This document shows, in pieces, positions 63,774-64,000 of a stretch of 64,000 bases of DNA (the first letter of the stretch is position 1; each line of letters opens with the position of its first letter). A program made the translations under genes and the position numbers. Origin of the DNA: an uncultured Victivallales bacterium (GTDB lineage Bacteria > Verrucomicrobiota > Lentisphaeria > Victivallales > UBA1829); the NCBI GenBank assembly GCA_944390795.1, contig CALXRI010000003.1:7100-71099 (forward strand), in the 5' to 3' direction. The notes beneath the pieces were generated by a model. The model saw only the letters and a list, made by a program, of their open reading frames with translations, did no database searches and was not told where the DNA came from.

Positions 63774-64000
63774 ATGAAATGCGGAACACTCTCTCTTCTC
63801 CTGGGCGCCGCGCTGCTTGCCGGCGCGCCGTCGGTTTTCTGCGGCGACGCCGCGGGCAAGAATGCCGGTGACAGAATCTTCCTTGCCGATCTTTCCGGGA
63901 AAACTCCCCTTGCGGCGCAATGGCAGGTGAAGGCGAATCTGAAAGTGGAGAACGGGGAACTCACGTTGAAAGGCACGGTGGCAGATCCGAAAGTCACTCT
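63774..64000 (+). CDS. Secreted protein, 5' partial (runs off the window); LamG/DUF1080-like start
   Basis: Hand translation from ATG 63774 gives MKCGTLSLLLGAALLAGAPSVFCGDAAGKNAGDRIFLADLSGKTPLAAQWQVKANLKVENGELTLKGTVADPKVT. It has a signal peptide. It is open to the window end, so it is absent from the track. Confidence 0.5.
   Translation, partial: MKCGTLSLLLGAALLAGAPSVFCGDAAGKNAGDRIFLADLSGKTPLAAQWQVKANLKVENGELTLKGTVADPKVT

Overview
This is a 64-kb chromosomal segment that is GC-rich overall. Hand counts on sampled 60-nt lines gave about 60-68% GC. One AT-rich trough lies at about 46-53.3 kb, where sampled lines gave 28-47% GC. I can support about 58 protein-coding genes. I saw no rRNA, tRNA or CRISPR array. 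Nearly every real gene is shadowed by a long stop-free antisense ORF in the six-frame track. I chose strands by recognisable motifs, signal peptides, start and RBS context, and gene packing.

Contents:
1. Housekeeping blocks: dtd-dxr-rseP-ispG; pyrH-frr followed by a translationally coupled GT39-like gene, tyrA and a radical-SAM gene; an amidase with thiD; and tatD, a UbiA-family gene and an HNH gene.
2. Three glycan-utilisation cassettes. Each carries a prepilin-type H-X9-DG (DUF1559-like) pseudopilin gene beside secreted lectin-like proteins or glycoside hydrolases (DUF4838 + GH29; a 1770-aa GH42-like giant; a GH89-like enzyme). LacI, AraC and IclR regulators and Gfo/Idh/MocA oxidoreductases accompany them.
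3. A 12-gene minus-strand glycan-biosynthesis island (44.0-56.7 kb) with the low-GC core, an internal GT2+DUF616 duplication, and no Wzx, Wzy or export genes.
4. An unannotated ~150-nt repeat family. There are two tandem copies, one degenerate copy and one inverted copy 15 kb away. The full copies share a 42-nt identical core. The tandem and degenerate copies lie in a 1.1-kb coding desert.
5. Scars of mobile DNA: a 5'-truncated NCS2 permease fused to an AT-rich segment with a small HTH ORF and a long GNRA-capped hairpin, and an rve-type transposase C-terminal remnant upstream of pyrH.

Lineage is inferred only. The H-X9-DG pseudopilin expansion together with this CAZyme content points to the PVC superphylum, most likely Lentisphaerota (Victivallales-like) or Kiritimatiellota.

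The most promising candidate for an undescribed system is the recurrent cassette of regulator, H-X9-DG pseudopilin, secreted lectin-like protein and glycoside hydrolase. The repeat family comes second.
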